Of a stretch of 64,000 nt of DNA, positions 9,748-19,498 are shown piece by piece. The position numbers and the translations under genes are program-made. Location: contig JBDHZC010000003.1 of the NCBI GenBank assembly GCA_039811685.1, positions 293,514 to 357,513 on the forward strand, given 5' to 3'. The DNA is from Armatimonadota bacterium. Its GTDB lineage: Bacteria > Armatimonadota > UBA5829 > DSUL01. The notes under the pieces were generated by a model. The model was given only the letters and a program-made list of their open reading frames with translations. It ran no database searches and was not told where the DNA came from. The number at the start of each line of letters is the position of its first letter. Positions within the stretch are counted from its first letter, which is position 1.

Positions 9748-11133
9748 TCACGCCGCGGCCAAAGCGTCCACGTAAGGAAGCAGAACCTCAACTGGACGCG
9801 CCACCTTTGTGATACTGAGCAGCCGGTGCCGTGATTCAGCAAGATTGACCACCTGCCCCTGACGCCTGCGAGACCTCGGAGCCACTACTTTCACGACCGG
9901 TCGCCGCGGGCTTTGTCGCGACCCGCCAACGACGACAGCAAGATCGTCGCTGCTGAGCTTCACAAACGTCCCGATGGGAAACATTCCGGCGCGGGAAGCG
10001 AATCTCGCCAGAAGCTGTCTGTCGTAGCGGTCTTGAGTCTCGTAGAGCATCCATCCGATAGCTTCGTCTGGTGTCCATCTGGTGCGGTACGGTCGCTCTG
10101 TAGTCATCGCGTCATAGGTGTCTGCGATCGTCACGAGGCGGCTCGAGAGGTGCGGCTGATGGTGTCCCAGAGAGGGATACCCCGTTCCATCCATGTACAT
10201 ATGGTGCTCGAGGGCGACTGTCGCTGAGAGCGAGGGGAGCTCGCGCATCCCCGCCAAGGCTCTTGCCCCGGCCACCGGGTGCTTGCGCATTTCCATCCAC
10301 TCTTCTTCAGTCAGTTTGCCAGGTTTCTTGACGACCTCGCTGGGGACAAATACTTTTCCGACATCGTGTAGAAGTGCGGCTATCCCCAAATCCATCACTT
10401 CTTCCACCGTCAGTCCAAGATCGCGGCCGAGCATCATGGAGAAGATGCACACATTGACGCTGTGTTCGGAGAGATAGCGGTCGTAGCTTCGAATCGCGGC
10501 CAGAGCAAGCAGCGCGGTCTCGTCCGTCATCAGGGAGTGCAGAGAATCTGTGACTGCAGATCGGATGTCTGCCACAGGAAGAGGCATGCCCGTGGCCACA
10601 GCCTCCATAGCTTCTTCCGCCAGGACCAAAGCTCCATTGTACACCTGCGCGGCAGCCGGCCCCTCAGCTGTTTGCGTTTCGTCAGTTTCGCGTAGAGCTT
10701 TGACATTCGTGACGCCACGAGATTTTAGAAATGTGTCTGAGCCCCCATGCAGTGCCAGTGTTTCCGCACTCATGCTCAGAGCTTCAGCAAAGACGTCGAT
10801 GTCCGGTACGCTCACGCCAGCGCTAAAAAGCACCTCGCCGATCTGGCGTTCGTGCAACAGTTCCAGGAAAGATTGCAGGCAGCCCGTGGGGTCTTCCACC
10901 GGGAAGGAGTCCAGCGCAAGATAGCGCTCTGTGACAACCACAGAGATGACAGGGTTGGACGCGAGAGCCTGCAGGAGGCTCTCCTGCGCGGCATTGACCA
11001 TTTCCTCAACGATCGGATGCGCCCGGCCATAAAGACCGAGACTTCTTACATAGACGCTCACTTTCGCAAGCGCCTCTGAGACGCTGATTCGCATGGCGTC
11101 CTTCGGGTTTGGTGTGCTCATTTCAGCGGACAA
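9748..11133 (-). CDS. HD-GYP domain cyclic dinucleotide phosphodiesterase
   Basis: HSVNV, LLHDVGK, KPGKLTEEEW..MRKHP, EHH, DGTGYP, IADTYDAMTTERPYR are all intact. Confidence 0.92.
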   Translation of the reverse strand: MSAEMSTPNPKDAMRISVSEALAKVSVYVRSLGLYGRAHPIVEEMVNAAQESLLQALASNPVISVVVTERYLALDSFPVEDPTGCLQSFLELLHERQIGEVLFSAGVSVPDIDVFAEALSMSAETLALHGGSDTFLKSRGVTNVKALRETDETQTAEGPAAAQVYNGALVLAEEAMEAVATGMPLPVADIRSAVTDSLHSLMTDETALLALAAIRSYDRYLSEHSVNVCIFSMMLGRDLGLTVEEVMDLGIAALLHDVGKVFVPSEVVKKPGKLTEEEWMEMRKHPVAGARALAGMRELPSLSATVALEHHMYMDGTGYPSLGHHQPHLSSRLVTIADTYDAMTTERPYRTRWTPDEAIGWMLYETQDRYDRQLLARFASRAGMFPIGTFVKLSSDDLAVVVGGSRQSPRRPVVKVVAPRSRRRQGQVVNLAESRHRLLSITKVARPVEVLLPYVDALAAA

Positions 11134-11154
11134 CGTGATCCTCGCGCTTTCTGT

Positions 11155-13110
11155 CTAGGCGGCCTTGTCTATTCTGTCGGCGGGGTGCGCCAGTGCGGCA
11201 AGCGCCTGCTGAGCGGCCTGCCTCACGAACTCATAACGCCTGCGCCCAAGCAGCGCACGGCGCTCTACAACCTGTTGCAGGAGATTGTGCGCCTCTTCGC
11301 CTCCAATCGCTCCCAGGCAGTGGCACGCGGCGATCTTCTCCTGGTCTGTAGGCCCCCTGAAGAGCCCTTGAGCCAGAAACGGAGCTATCGCTGAAACGAC
11401 ACCGTTGTTGCCGTCTCTGCCGAGTGCCTCAAGCGCCGCGCACCTTACCAAGACCGAAGAACTCTGAAGCGCTTCCAGGCAAAGGAAGTTGACAGTGGAG
11501 ATATCTATGGATGGTTTTGCAGCTACCCAGTGCAGGACAAAGAGTGGGTCGGTGCCTCGTAGCACATCCAGGACTTCCTGTCGCGCAGATGGAGACGGCA
11601 TGTCCAGCAAGATTTGAAACGCGAGGTCACGCGAAGACCCATGCGCTGTACGCACCAGTTTGCCCAGGTCTGGAACAACGGACTCCCCTGTGCTGACCAG
11701 GGCTTTTTTCAGGCTGTCGGTCAGGAACTCCGCCGATGGGTTGCCGAGCAGGTGCAAAAGATTACCGGCGATTTCAGGATAGTGCTGTAGCAGGGCGCGT
11801 GCGACTTCCAGCCCCTGGTAGCTGCGTTCGTTGATTCCGCCTTCAATAATGCTGCAAAGAATGTCGGAGTCGATGGACCGGATGGCAGTACGGGTATTGA
11901 TTGTACGCCAGTGTGATTCGCTGCTTGGCCCGCCATTTGAGAGCAGGGATTGTATGACGTCCAGCGCCAGTTTCGCTCCACCTGTCTCAAGCGCGGGACG
12001 GATGAGCCCCGCGAGTGTCTCGGCAATCGTCGCGTGCTCCGTCGCATTTCGCTCCAGGCTTAGCAGGTGGGAGAAGGTATTCGCGGAGGCCGCCAGGTGG
12101 CTGGCTGGCTTTCGCTCCCTATCCCACGCGGCGGGCAATCCTTCGAGTTGTAAATCGAAGAAGCATTCGAGTGCGAGAGGGTCTGGGGCAGCCCCTTCCG
12201 CTACGCTGTTGAGTGCCTGACTGATCTGTTCTTCTACGTCACAGACAAGGACTTCTGCGCCCCCCTCAGATGTTTGAAATGCCTCGATCTCTGCAAAATG
12301 TGGCCGCAACGCACAGGTGACAGGGCGTAGATCTTCTGGCAAGCTGGCTACAGTGCGTCTCAGTTCTGGGAGGGCGGAGTCCCAGTCTTGAGGGTCTTGC
12401 CTCGCCAGGTCCTTCAGATGCGCAATGACACGCTCGACACCTTCAGCCGGGATTCCGGCGCGGTTGTCATTTTGAAGAGCCTCTACGGCGCCAGTGATGA
12501 GTGCGAGGCCTTTGTCAGGGTCCGAAAAAATGGAAGTCAGCGATTTGAAGTCCTGCCATTCCTGATCGTCGGCCTGTGCCAGACGGCTTACAACTGCTGC
12601 TACCGCTGCGTCTACGGTGTTGACGGAGCCGAAGTCTTGATGCTCGAAATTGCCGTCCTGTTCGGCTGTCCCCTCGGCTCCCGACGCATAGATGGCTGGT
12701 GTCAGAGTGAGGGATGCGACAGACGCTTGTCCCATCCAGGCAGCAGGCCCGCCAGCGAGCCGTATCTCAGCAGGAGAGGTATTCAGAAAGTCGAGGAAGG
12801 CCTGGATCTCTCGATCTTCAAGAGCGCTGCTCGCTGTAAAGCCCATGCATCCACGCTCTCGGAGACGATCGCTTAGCCTGACGGCTTCTGGCGTCAGTTC
12901 CAGTATCGCCGTATTCACGATGACCTGATCGTTGCTGAAGAGGCAGGCTGTCTGAGTAGTCTCAGACAGGAGTGTTTGAAAGACCGCGGTCAAAGCCCCG
13001 AACGCCTCCAGTGTGTTCGGGTGGTCGCGGCCATACAAAGCCGACTGTCTCTGGGCGGTGGAGATAGCTTTCCAAAGGTCTGTGGGAAGAGCTGGGTCTG
13101 TCATAGCCAA
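11155..13110 (-). CDS. HEAT-repeat protein with an N-terminal domain shared with the neighbouring HD-GYP protein
   Basis: C-terminal HEAT-like helices (VRCAALEALG, KIAACHCLGAIGG, VRQAAQQAL) and an N-terminal LYGRDHP motif. Confidence 0.7.
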   Translation of the reverse strand: MAMTDPALPTDLWKAISTAQRQSALYGRDHPNTLEAFGALTAVFQTLLSETTQTACLFSNDQVIVNTAILELTPEAVRLSDRLRERGCMGFTASSALEDREIQAFLDFLNTSPAEIRLAGGPAAWMGQASVASLTLTPAIYASGAEGTAEQDGNFEHQDFGSVNTVDAAVAAVVSRLAQADDQEWQDFKSLTSIFSDPDKGLALITGAVEALQNDNRAGIPAEGVERVIAHLKDLARQDPQDWDSALPELRRTVASLPEDLRPVTCALRPHFAEIEAFQTSEGGAEVLVCDVEEQISQALNSVAEGAAPDPLALECFFDLQLEGLPAAWDRERKPASHLAASANTFSHLLSLERNATEHATIAETLAGLIRPALETGGAKLALDVIQSLLSNGGPSSESHWRTINTRTAIRSIDSDILCSIIEGGINERSYQGLEVARALLQHYPEIAGNLLHLLGNPSAEFLTDSLKKALVSTGESVVPDLGKLVRTAHGSSRDLAFQILLDMPSPSARQEVLDVLRGTDPLFVLHWVAAKPSIDISTVNFLCLEALQSSSVLVRCAALEALGRDGNNGVVSAIAPFLAQGLFRGPTDQEKIAACHCLGAIGGEEAHNLLQQVVERRALLGRRRYEFVRQAAQQALAALAHPADRIDKAA

Positions 13111-13246
13111 TCCGTTGCGAAGGATTGAGAGGATCTGTAAACGTTCTCACATCCTCATCTCGCACACTGGATTGTTCCACATCTTGCGCGGTTAATGATA
13201 ATTAGACGCGATAAATCTACCCGCTCTGCCTCACGCTCGCAAGGAT

Positions 13247-14290
13247 TTAGCGTTCAGGGCCGATCTCGCTGTAAATCTCATCCAGTCGCACCGCGCGTCC
13301 CTGCTCCGCGCTGCGGTCGAGAGCGTAGCAAACGGCATGGGTTCTGGCTGCATTATTCAGACTGACCGGAGACTCCGAACCGTTTGCAACGCAGTCCACA
13401 AAATGCGATATCTCACCGTCGAAAGGATGGTGCGTCACGTCTCCAGAGTCGGGGCGTACTGTTGGCACACTCACCCAGTCTGTGGCGCCTGCAAGAAACT
13501 CCCGGGCGAAGATGCGGTTGTCCCGGATCGCGCCCTTGTCGCCAAGTAGATCGACGTTGAAGGCGTACGGGCACTTCACATCGAAGACGCTGGACACTTT
13601 GCCGATAGCCCCCTGCTTGAACTTTATAATTCCAACGCAGTTGGTGGGGTACTCGTAGTCCGGATTGATCTGGTTGGCGTAGGCGGTCACCTCGTCGGGT
13701 TCATCGTCCGTAAACCACCGGATGGCGTCAACTGCATGACAGCCGGCCGACAGAAACGTGCTTCCCGCAACACTCTTCTTGATGTTCCAGCGGTACTGTG
13801 CGTACTGCGGCCCGATCTCGTGCCAGTAGTCAACCTCTGCATAGAACACTCTGCCAATAGCCTGCTCATCAAGCATACGCCTGATCCAGAGAAACTCCGG
13901 ATTCCAGTGCAGAACAAAGCTGACTACTGTCCTGACGCCCGCCGCGTTGACTACGCGAAGCATCTGGCCGAGAGATTCCGGATCATTAGCGGCCGCTTTC
14001 TCGATCAGGATGTGCTTGCCAGCTTCAGCCGCCTGGATGGTCTGTTCAGGGTGCTTGTTGGGCGGGGAACAGATGGAAACTGCGTCCACGCGCGGATCGG
14101 ACAGCATCTCTTCAAAGCTGTCATAAATCTGTGCGTCATCGATGCCGGCTTCCTCGGCCTTTGCCTGTGCGCCTTCACGCGTGCGGCTCGTCATGGCGAC
14201 TACTCGCGACTGCGCGTTCTTCTGAAACGCCTTGATGTGTTCGCCCGCAACCCAGCCAGTGCCCACAATTCCTACGCCGATATCTGCCAT
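13247..14290 (-). CDS. Gfo/Idh/MocA family oxidoreductase
   Basis: GIVGTG Rossmann motif, AGKHILIEK, GCHAVD. Start refined to ATG 14290. Confidence 0.9.
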   Translation of the reverse strand: MADIGVGIVGTGWVAGEHIKAFQKNAQSRVVAMTSRTREGAQAKAEEAGIDDAQIYDSFEEMLSDPRVDAVSICSPPNKHPEQTIQAAEAGKHILIEKAAANDPESLGQMLRVVNAAGVRTVVSFVLHWNPEFLWIRRMLDEQAIGRVFYAEVDYWHEIGPQYAQYRWNIKKSVAGSTFLSAGCHAVDAIRWFTDDEPDEVTAYANQINPDYEYPTNCVGIIKFKQGAIGKVSSVFDVKCPYAFNVDLLGDKGAIRDNRIFAREFLAGATDWVSVPTVRPDSGDVTHHPFDGEISHFVDCVANGSESPVSLNNAARTHAVCYALDRSAEQGRAVRLDEIYSEIGPER

Positions 14291-14362
14291 CTTTGACTGC
14301 CCCCCATTGGTGGAATGAACTGAGGTTATGCAGGTTCTGGAAAAGTCCTGCATTTTCTGGTG

Positions 14363-15439
14363 TTACTCCGGAACAAAGCTTATTTGTGGATTCAGTCGGC
14401 TCACAAACTCCGCCAGCAGCTTCGCCGTATTTTCCATATCTGTCAGGCTGATCATTTCAGAGGGCGTGTGCATGTAGCGCAGAGGAACGTGGATGAGTCC
14501 CACAGCCACTCCGGAGCGCGACCCCTGGATCGGATCCGCATCGGTGGCCGAGCGCCCACCGATTGCCTCAGTCTGGTAGGAAATCTTGACGTCCTCCGCA
14601 CACTCGCAGAGCCTGTCGAATACAACGGGATTCACGTTTGCGCCGCGCGAAAGAATCGGGCCTTTGTCGAGGGAGTAGTCTCCGGCCTTCGTTTTCTCGA
14701 CTCCCGGATGATCTGTTGCATGCCCCACGTCTATCACTATTGCGATATCTGGATCGATGTTAAAACTCGAAGCGCTGGCGCCAGGCCCTCCGATCTCCTC
14801 CTGCACCGTCGCCACCCCGTAAACGGCAGCCTGGAGTTTTTGTGTTCGATCGGGCCTTTCCTTGAGCAGCCGCATCGTTTCCGCTACAATCCAGATCGCC
14901 ATCTTGTTGTCGAAAGCCATGGAGACCGCGCGATTGTCCCGAAGTACCCGAAAATTCTGAACGAAAACTCCTGCGTCACCCAGGCGCACCGCTTTTTCTG
15001 CGTCAGCTTTGTTCTCAGCGCCGATATCAATCCAGAGAGACTCGATTGTTGGAGCCTTGGTCCGGTCGTCCGGTTCCTGAAGATGAATGGCCTTGCGTCC
15101 GACGACACCGTGTACAGGCCCCTCTTTTGAATCAATTACGACTCTTTGAGAAACGCAGGCAGTCGGGTCGATCCCGCCAATGCGCCGAAAGTAAAGAAAG
15201 CCTTCATCACTGATGTGGCTGATGATGAATCCTATCTGATCGCAGTGGCCGGCTATCATGACGCGTGGCCGGCCCTCGACGTTCTGCACAGCGGTAACGG
15301 TGCCCAGAACGTCAGTGCTAACCGTGTCAGCGAACCTGGAAACGTAGTCTCTAAACACTCGCTGAGCCGGCTGCTCAAACCCGGATGGACTAGGTGTCTC
15401 CACCAGGCATCTCAGAAAATCCAGTGACTGCTTATCCAA
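14363..15439 (-). CDS. M42 family metallopeptidase (TET aminopeptidase-like)
   Basis: PSPSGFE, GHCDQIG, IDIGA, FDNK, QEEIG, IDVGH, YMHTP. Start refined to TTG 15439 after GAAGGAG. Confidence 0.9.
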   Translation of the reverse strand: MDKQSLDFLRCLVETPSPSGFEQPAQRVFRDYVSRFADTVSTDVLGTVTAVQNVEGRPRVMIAGHCDQIGFIISHISDEGFLYFRRIGGIDPTACVSQRVVIDSKEGPVHGVVGRKAIHLQEPDDRTKAPTIESLWIDIGAENKADAEKAVRLGDAGVFVQNFRVLRDNRAVSMAFDNKMAIWIVAETMRLLKERPDRTQKLQAAVYGVATVQEEIGGPGASASSFNIDPDIAIVIDVGHATDHPGVEKTKAGDYSLDKGPILSRGANVNPVVFDRLCECAEDVKISYQTEAIGGRSATDADPIQGSRSGVAVGLIHVPLRYMHTPSEMISLTDMENTAKLLAEFVSRLNPQISFVPE

Positions 15440-15791
15440 CTCAAGCTCTCCTTCATCAATCGCAGTTTTTGTCTGAGGGATACTGTACGTGCAGCACTGC
15501 TCTGTCAATATCCGAGTGGTTCTTGACAAAAGCCCTCCCTCGGCGCACAGTTCTCCTGAGCAAAGAGGCAAAAAACTTGTACCGGAGGGAACCGCTCGCC
15601 CAAACGCTGTCGTAAACTGTTCTAAGGCGAGTTATGGCGATAGGTAGTCGTCCAGCTTACTGCCGTATCGCAAGTCTCTCCACTCCGCGTTACTGCTTGC
15701 GGGATGCGGAAAGTCCTCAAGCTTCGCGCACATTTGAGGCATAATCCAAGGGTACGGTGCTGGTTATCTTACTGTGTTGCTCACCGGGCGC

Positions 15792-15819
15792 TTGATAGTA
15801 GCCAGTCCCCAATTACAAT
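15792..15819 (+). promoter_or_regulatory. Putative sigma70 promoter of the exopolysaccharide locus
   Basis: TTGATA-16 nt-TACAAT in the long divergent intergenic region upstream of the wza-like gene. Confidence 0.45.
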
Positions 15820-15982
15820 AATAAGTGCGGAGCATGCTCCGGGTCTGTAGTGGCTGGTGTAAGGATCTCCTGAAAGGGGAAGAGCGTCACGGTCTGGCCT
15901 GCATGCCGTGCGCATGGCTCTGCACAAGCTGGGTTCACTCTGGCGGCGTTGCCCCGAGAGTTCTTGGGGGAGGATTCGTAAT

Positions 15983-17017
15983 ATGTCAAAGATTCGCTGG
16001 TTGTTTGCTCTAACTGCAAGCCTGTCTCTGCTGGCGGGCGCGGGAGTCCGGGCTATGGACGTGCCTCTCCCTGCGCCGGCCGTAGCTGTCCCCGCGCATG
16101 AGGCCACGCCGGTACCGGCTGCGCCTGTGGCAGCGCCGATCGCCGGTGTACACGAAGCCTCTCCGCTGCCTGGAGCGAACTATCTTGTCGCACCTGACGA
16201 CGTCCTCCAGTTCAGTGTTTGGGGAGAGCAGCAGATGCAGGGGCTCTACCTGCAGGTCACGCCGGAAGGGACGATCAACGCGCCGGTTGTCGGAACTATT
16301 CCCGCCGCAGGACGGACGGTATCGCAGATTAAAGATGACATAGCCCACAAGTTCGTGGAGCTCGATTATCTACGAGATCCGATTGTCCAGCTTACACTTT
16401 ACTCTGTACACAAGATGCGCGTTCGGGTGCTCGGACAAGTTCAGCGGCCTGGCCTGCAGCTGATGCGGGATGGTGACAGAGTTGACCAGGCTATCGCTGA
16501 TGCGGGCAGCTTCATTCCCGATACGGCAGGTTTGGCCAAGACCACTATTACACGAATTGGAGAGTCTCACCCGATCAATGTTGACCTGGCAGCTTTCTAC
16601 AACGGTGGCGACCTCAGTCAGAACATCGTCCTCAAGGAAGGCGATTCCATTTATATTCCAGAGGACACGGAGAACCGTTTCTACGTGATGGGATATGTTC
16701 AGCAGCCGCGCATGTTCCCACTGAAGCCAACGACCACGGTCACTGAGGCCGTGTCGCAGGCCGGAGGCCCCATCAAGCGTGGGTCACTTGGCCGAACGGT
16801 AGTTATCCGGAAGGCACAGGACGGCAAACCCGCTGAGCGGATTCCCGTGGATGTGGCCAAAATTCTCGAGACGGGTGACACAACCCGGGACATTCGTCTT
16901 CAGCCTGGAGATGTAGTGCTTGTGCCAGAGACCAAATCGCCCGATATAGGCACTATAGGACAGGTTCTGAACGCGCTGTTCAACGTTTCTTATCTATCTA
17001 AGATCGGATTCTTCTAG
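15983..17017 (+). CDS. Polysaccharide export protein (Wza/OPX family, Poly_export plus SLBB domains)
   Basis: YLVAPDDVLQFSVWGE, VTPEGTINAPVVG, VLGQVQRPG, LKEGDSIYIP, LQPGDVVLVP and a C-terminal amphipathic helix. Start ATG 15983. Confidence 0.88.
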   Translation: MSKIRWLFALTASLSLLAGAGVRAMDVPLPAPAVAVPAHEATPVPAAPVAAPIAGVHEASPLPGANYLVAPDDVLQFSVWGEQQMQGLYLQVTPEGTINAPVVGTIPAAGRTVSQIKDDIAHKFVELDYLRDPIVQLTLYSVHKMRVRVLGQVQRPGLQLMRDGDRVDQAIADAGSFIPDTAGLAKTTITRIGESHPINVDLAAFYNGGDLSQNIVLKEGDSIYIPEDTENRFYVMGYVQQPRMFPLKPTTTVTEAVSQAGGPIKRGSLGRTVVIRKAQDGKPAERIPVDVAKILETGDTTRDIRLQPGDVVLVPETKSPDIGTIGQVLNALFNVSYLSKIGFF

Positions 17018-17122
17018 ACAGGGAGAGCCGGTCGAGGAGGTTGTCTTCGCGGTCAGTGGGCCGCTGATTCAGAATTGCCGAAGGTAGCGCGAGAGCCGCC
17101 TTTCGGTCGGAGGTCACCAGCT

Positions 17123-19261
17123 TTGGAGCTCTGGAGATATTTTAGAATTCTATACCGCCGCAAATGGCTCATCATCGTTGGCATGGTGTTGTGCGTCGGG
17201 ATTGCGGCCTATCTGGCGATAGCCCAGGAGCCGAAATATACGGCGTACATTCACGTCGTGCAGCAGATGCCCGATACAGCGGGCCAAACGGTCTATCCAG
17301 AGAGCATCTACACGGGAGTCGACAACGACATGCGCCTGGCGAACCTCGCGACCATCGCGACCAGCGCTGACGTTCGAATGCTGTTGTTCGACAAGCTCCG
17401 CAACTCTCAGGACCTGATGGGGTTGAAGGGCTATCCAGGCGCTGATCCCGACAAGTTTGATGAGTTCTGGCAGGGAGTGCAGGTCTACCCTGAGCGCGGC
17501 ACGCAGTTTGTCCGCATCAACGTGACTTCTCCGAACATGCAACTGTCGCGAGAGACTGCGAAGGTTCTGGCGAGTACATTTGAGACCTACTATCAGGATA
17601 ACGTCTTCAATCCCTCGAGAGTGACTGAGAATCTCCGCACACAGGTCGAGGACGCTCGCCAGAGGATGCAGAAAGCGCTCAACGCGATGGCGGAGTACAA
17701 GAGGACCCACAGTGTTAATGACCTGAGCGCCAACACACAGGCGCGAATCAGCCGCTTGAGCGATATGGAGACTCAGTGGCATGTGGCGCAGGTCACGGCG
17801 CAGGAGAATGCCAACCGTTTGCGCACCCTCACTGAGCAACTTAAAAAGCAGCCATTTATGCGAAAAGAGGGGCAGCAACTCGGCGAGAACCAGCTCTGGG
17901 TGACCTACAGGAACCAGCTTACACAGAGAGAACAGGACCTGGCTGCTATGATGGCGCACCGGGGGCCTGCTCACCCGGAGGTTAAGGCTCTCCAGGAGAG
18001 CATTAATGATCTCAAATCGCAGCTAGCAACAGAGCAGCAACGCAAACTACTCACTGAGACAGAGGGCGTAAACCCCGTTTACACCCAGGCGTTGTCAAAT
18101 GTGATTAGCGCCAAAGCAGATACCATCGGCTCGCAGGCGCGGGCGCAGGCGTTGGCGGCTGTTGTCCCGCAGATGCGAGCACAACTGGCGAACTATCCTG
18201 AGGATGAGCGAGCTCTGTCGAATCTGGCAGTGGAAGCCAAAGCCTCCCAGGATGCCTACGGAATGTTGCGTCAGAAGTTTGAAGAGGCGCGCGTGCGAGA
18301 GGCGGAGCCGTACAAAGCAGGTATCATTAAAGTCGTCGAAGAGGAGGCGACTCCTGTTCCTGTTACCTCCACAAAGCGCCTCCAGATTGCGCTTGCTCTC
18401 CCTCTGAGCATTCTCCTGTCCTGCGCTATCATCTTTCTGCTCGATTATCTGGACAACTCTATTCGATCGCCTGAAGAGGTTGAAGAGCTGCTTGGGCTGC
18501 CGGTGTCCGCTATGGTTGCCCTTGGCAAGGGTCATTCCATGATCCGTGGTAAGTCCGACCCGGGGCTTCGAGAGTCGTTCCAGATGCTGGCGTCGTCGCT
18601 TTGGCACCAGAAGGTGGAGCATTCAGGCAGTGGAGCAATCCTTGTCGCCAGCGCTGAGCCGGATTCCGGCCGCACGGTCGTCGCGGGCAATCTGGCCGCG
18701 AGTCTGGCCGCAGATGGAGCGCGTGTCATCCTCGTTGATGCAGATATGCGTCAGCCGCACCAGCATCTCGTCTTTGGTCTTGACAATAGCAAGGGCTTCA
18801 GCAACCTGCTGGCCGGCAGCGCTAAGATCGAAGATGTCGCTTTGCCGACCAAGGTCGAAGGGCTGCTGCTGATCCCGAGTGGCCCGTTGCCGGATAACCC
18901 CATGCGGCTGCTGCGAAGTGACGCTATGCGTCATTTCGTCGAAGAAGCCTCTGGCGTGGCGGACTTTGTGATATTTGACAGTCCCGCCGGCGCGGCGTTT
19001 GCCGATCCAACAGTTATCGCGGCCTACGTTAAGCAGGTGCTGCTTGTGCAGTCTGCCGGCAGGGTGCCGCGGGGGGCCGAAAACGAGTTCCGCTCACGTT
19101 TGGAGCAGATTGGCGCGGAGTTTGTGGGTGTGGTTCTCAACAAGGTTCGTCCCGACGATAGCCACAGCATCTATCACTTCCGCACAGCTTATGGCAGGCT
19201 GCCAGGGTCTACGCCACCGGCGGGATCCCTGGGGTCGACAAGTCCTGCCATTCCGGGTTAG
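17123..19261 (+). CDS. Polysaccharide co-polymerase / tyrosine autokinase (Wzc-like)
   Basis: ELWRYFRILYRRKWLII, two TM helices flanking coiled coils, LDYLDNSI, LVDADMRQP, VIFDSP, GVVLNKV. TTG start after GGAGG. Confidence 0.88.
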   Translation: MELWRYFRILYRRKWLIIVGMVLCVGIAAYLAIAQEPKYTAYIHVVQQMPDTAGQTVYPESIYTGVDNDMRLANLATIATSADVRMLLFDKLRNSQDLMGLKGYPGADPDKFDEFWQGVQVYPERGTQFVRINVTSPNMQLSRETAKVLASTFETYYQDNVFNPSRVTENLRTQVEDARQRMQKALNAMAEYKRTHSVNDLSANTQARISRLSDMETQWHVAQVTAQENANRLRTLTEQLKKQPFMRKEGQQLGENQLWVTYRNQLTQREQDLAAMMAHRGPAHPEVKALQESINDLKSQLATEQQRKLLTETEGVNPVYTQALSNVISAKADTIGSQARAQALAAVVPQMRAQLANYPEDERALSNLAVEAKASQDAYGMLRQKFEEARVREAEPYKAGIIKVVEEEATPVPVTSTKRLQIALALPLSILLSCAIIFLLDYLDNSIRSPEEVEELLGLPVSAMVALGKGHSMIRGKSDPGLRESFQMLASSLWHQKVEHSGSGAILVASAEPDSGRTVVAGNLAASLAADGARVILVDADMRQPHQHLVFGLDNSKGFSNLLAGSAKIEDVALPTKVEGLLLIPSGPLPDNPMRLLRSDAMRHFVEEASGVADFVIFDSPAGAAFADPTVIAAYVKQVLLVQSAGRVPRGAENEFRSRLEQIGAEFVGVVLNKVRPDDSHSIYHFRTAYGRLPGSTPPAGSLGSTSPAIPG

Positions 19262-19270
19262 GCGCTTTGA

Positions 19271-19306
19271 CGGACGGGCAACTGCAAGCGCGCAGTTGCC
19301 CGTCCG
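19271..19306. repeat. Perfect 15-bp inverted repeat (hairpin) directly after wzc
   Basis: CGGACGGGCAACTGC-aagcgc-GCAGTTGCCCGTCCG, with no U-tract. Confidence 0.85.
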
Positions 19307-19498
19307 CTGACGTTCCTGATCGCGCTACAGCGCTTCTGTGCGCAACGCGCCCGTAGCCCAAAGAGAACGCGTGGGAACTTCGGCATGTGTGTCTGAGTAT
19401 CACTTATAGTAAGCGTGTTGGGACAACGCGGCAGTCAAGCACAGGTGCTCTGAGCGATATGCCCGCCGCCGCAGACTTCGCGAAACACATCTTTTCAT

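Noticed and set aside
15440..15982. Possible ops/JUMPstart element or c-di-GMP riboswitch upstream of the EPS locus
   Set aside because: GGCGATAGGTAG only loosely resembles ops (GGCGGTAG), and I could not build the riboswitch stems. An Rfam search would be needed.
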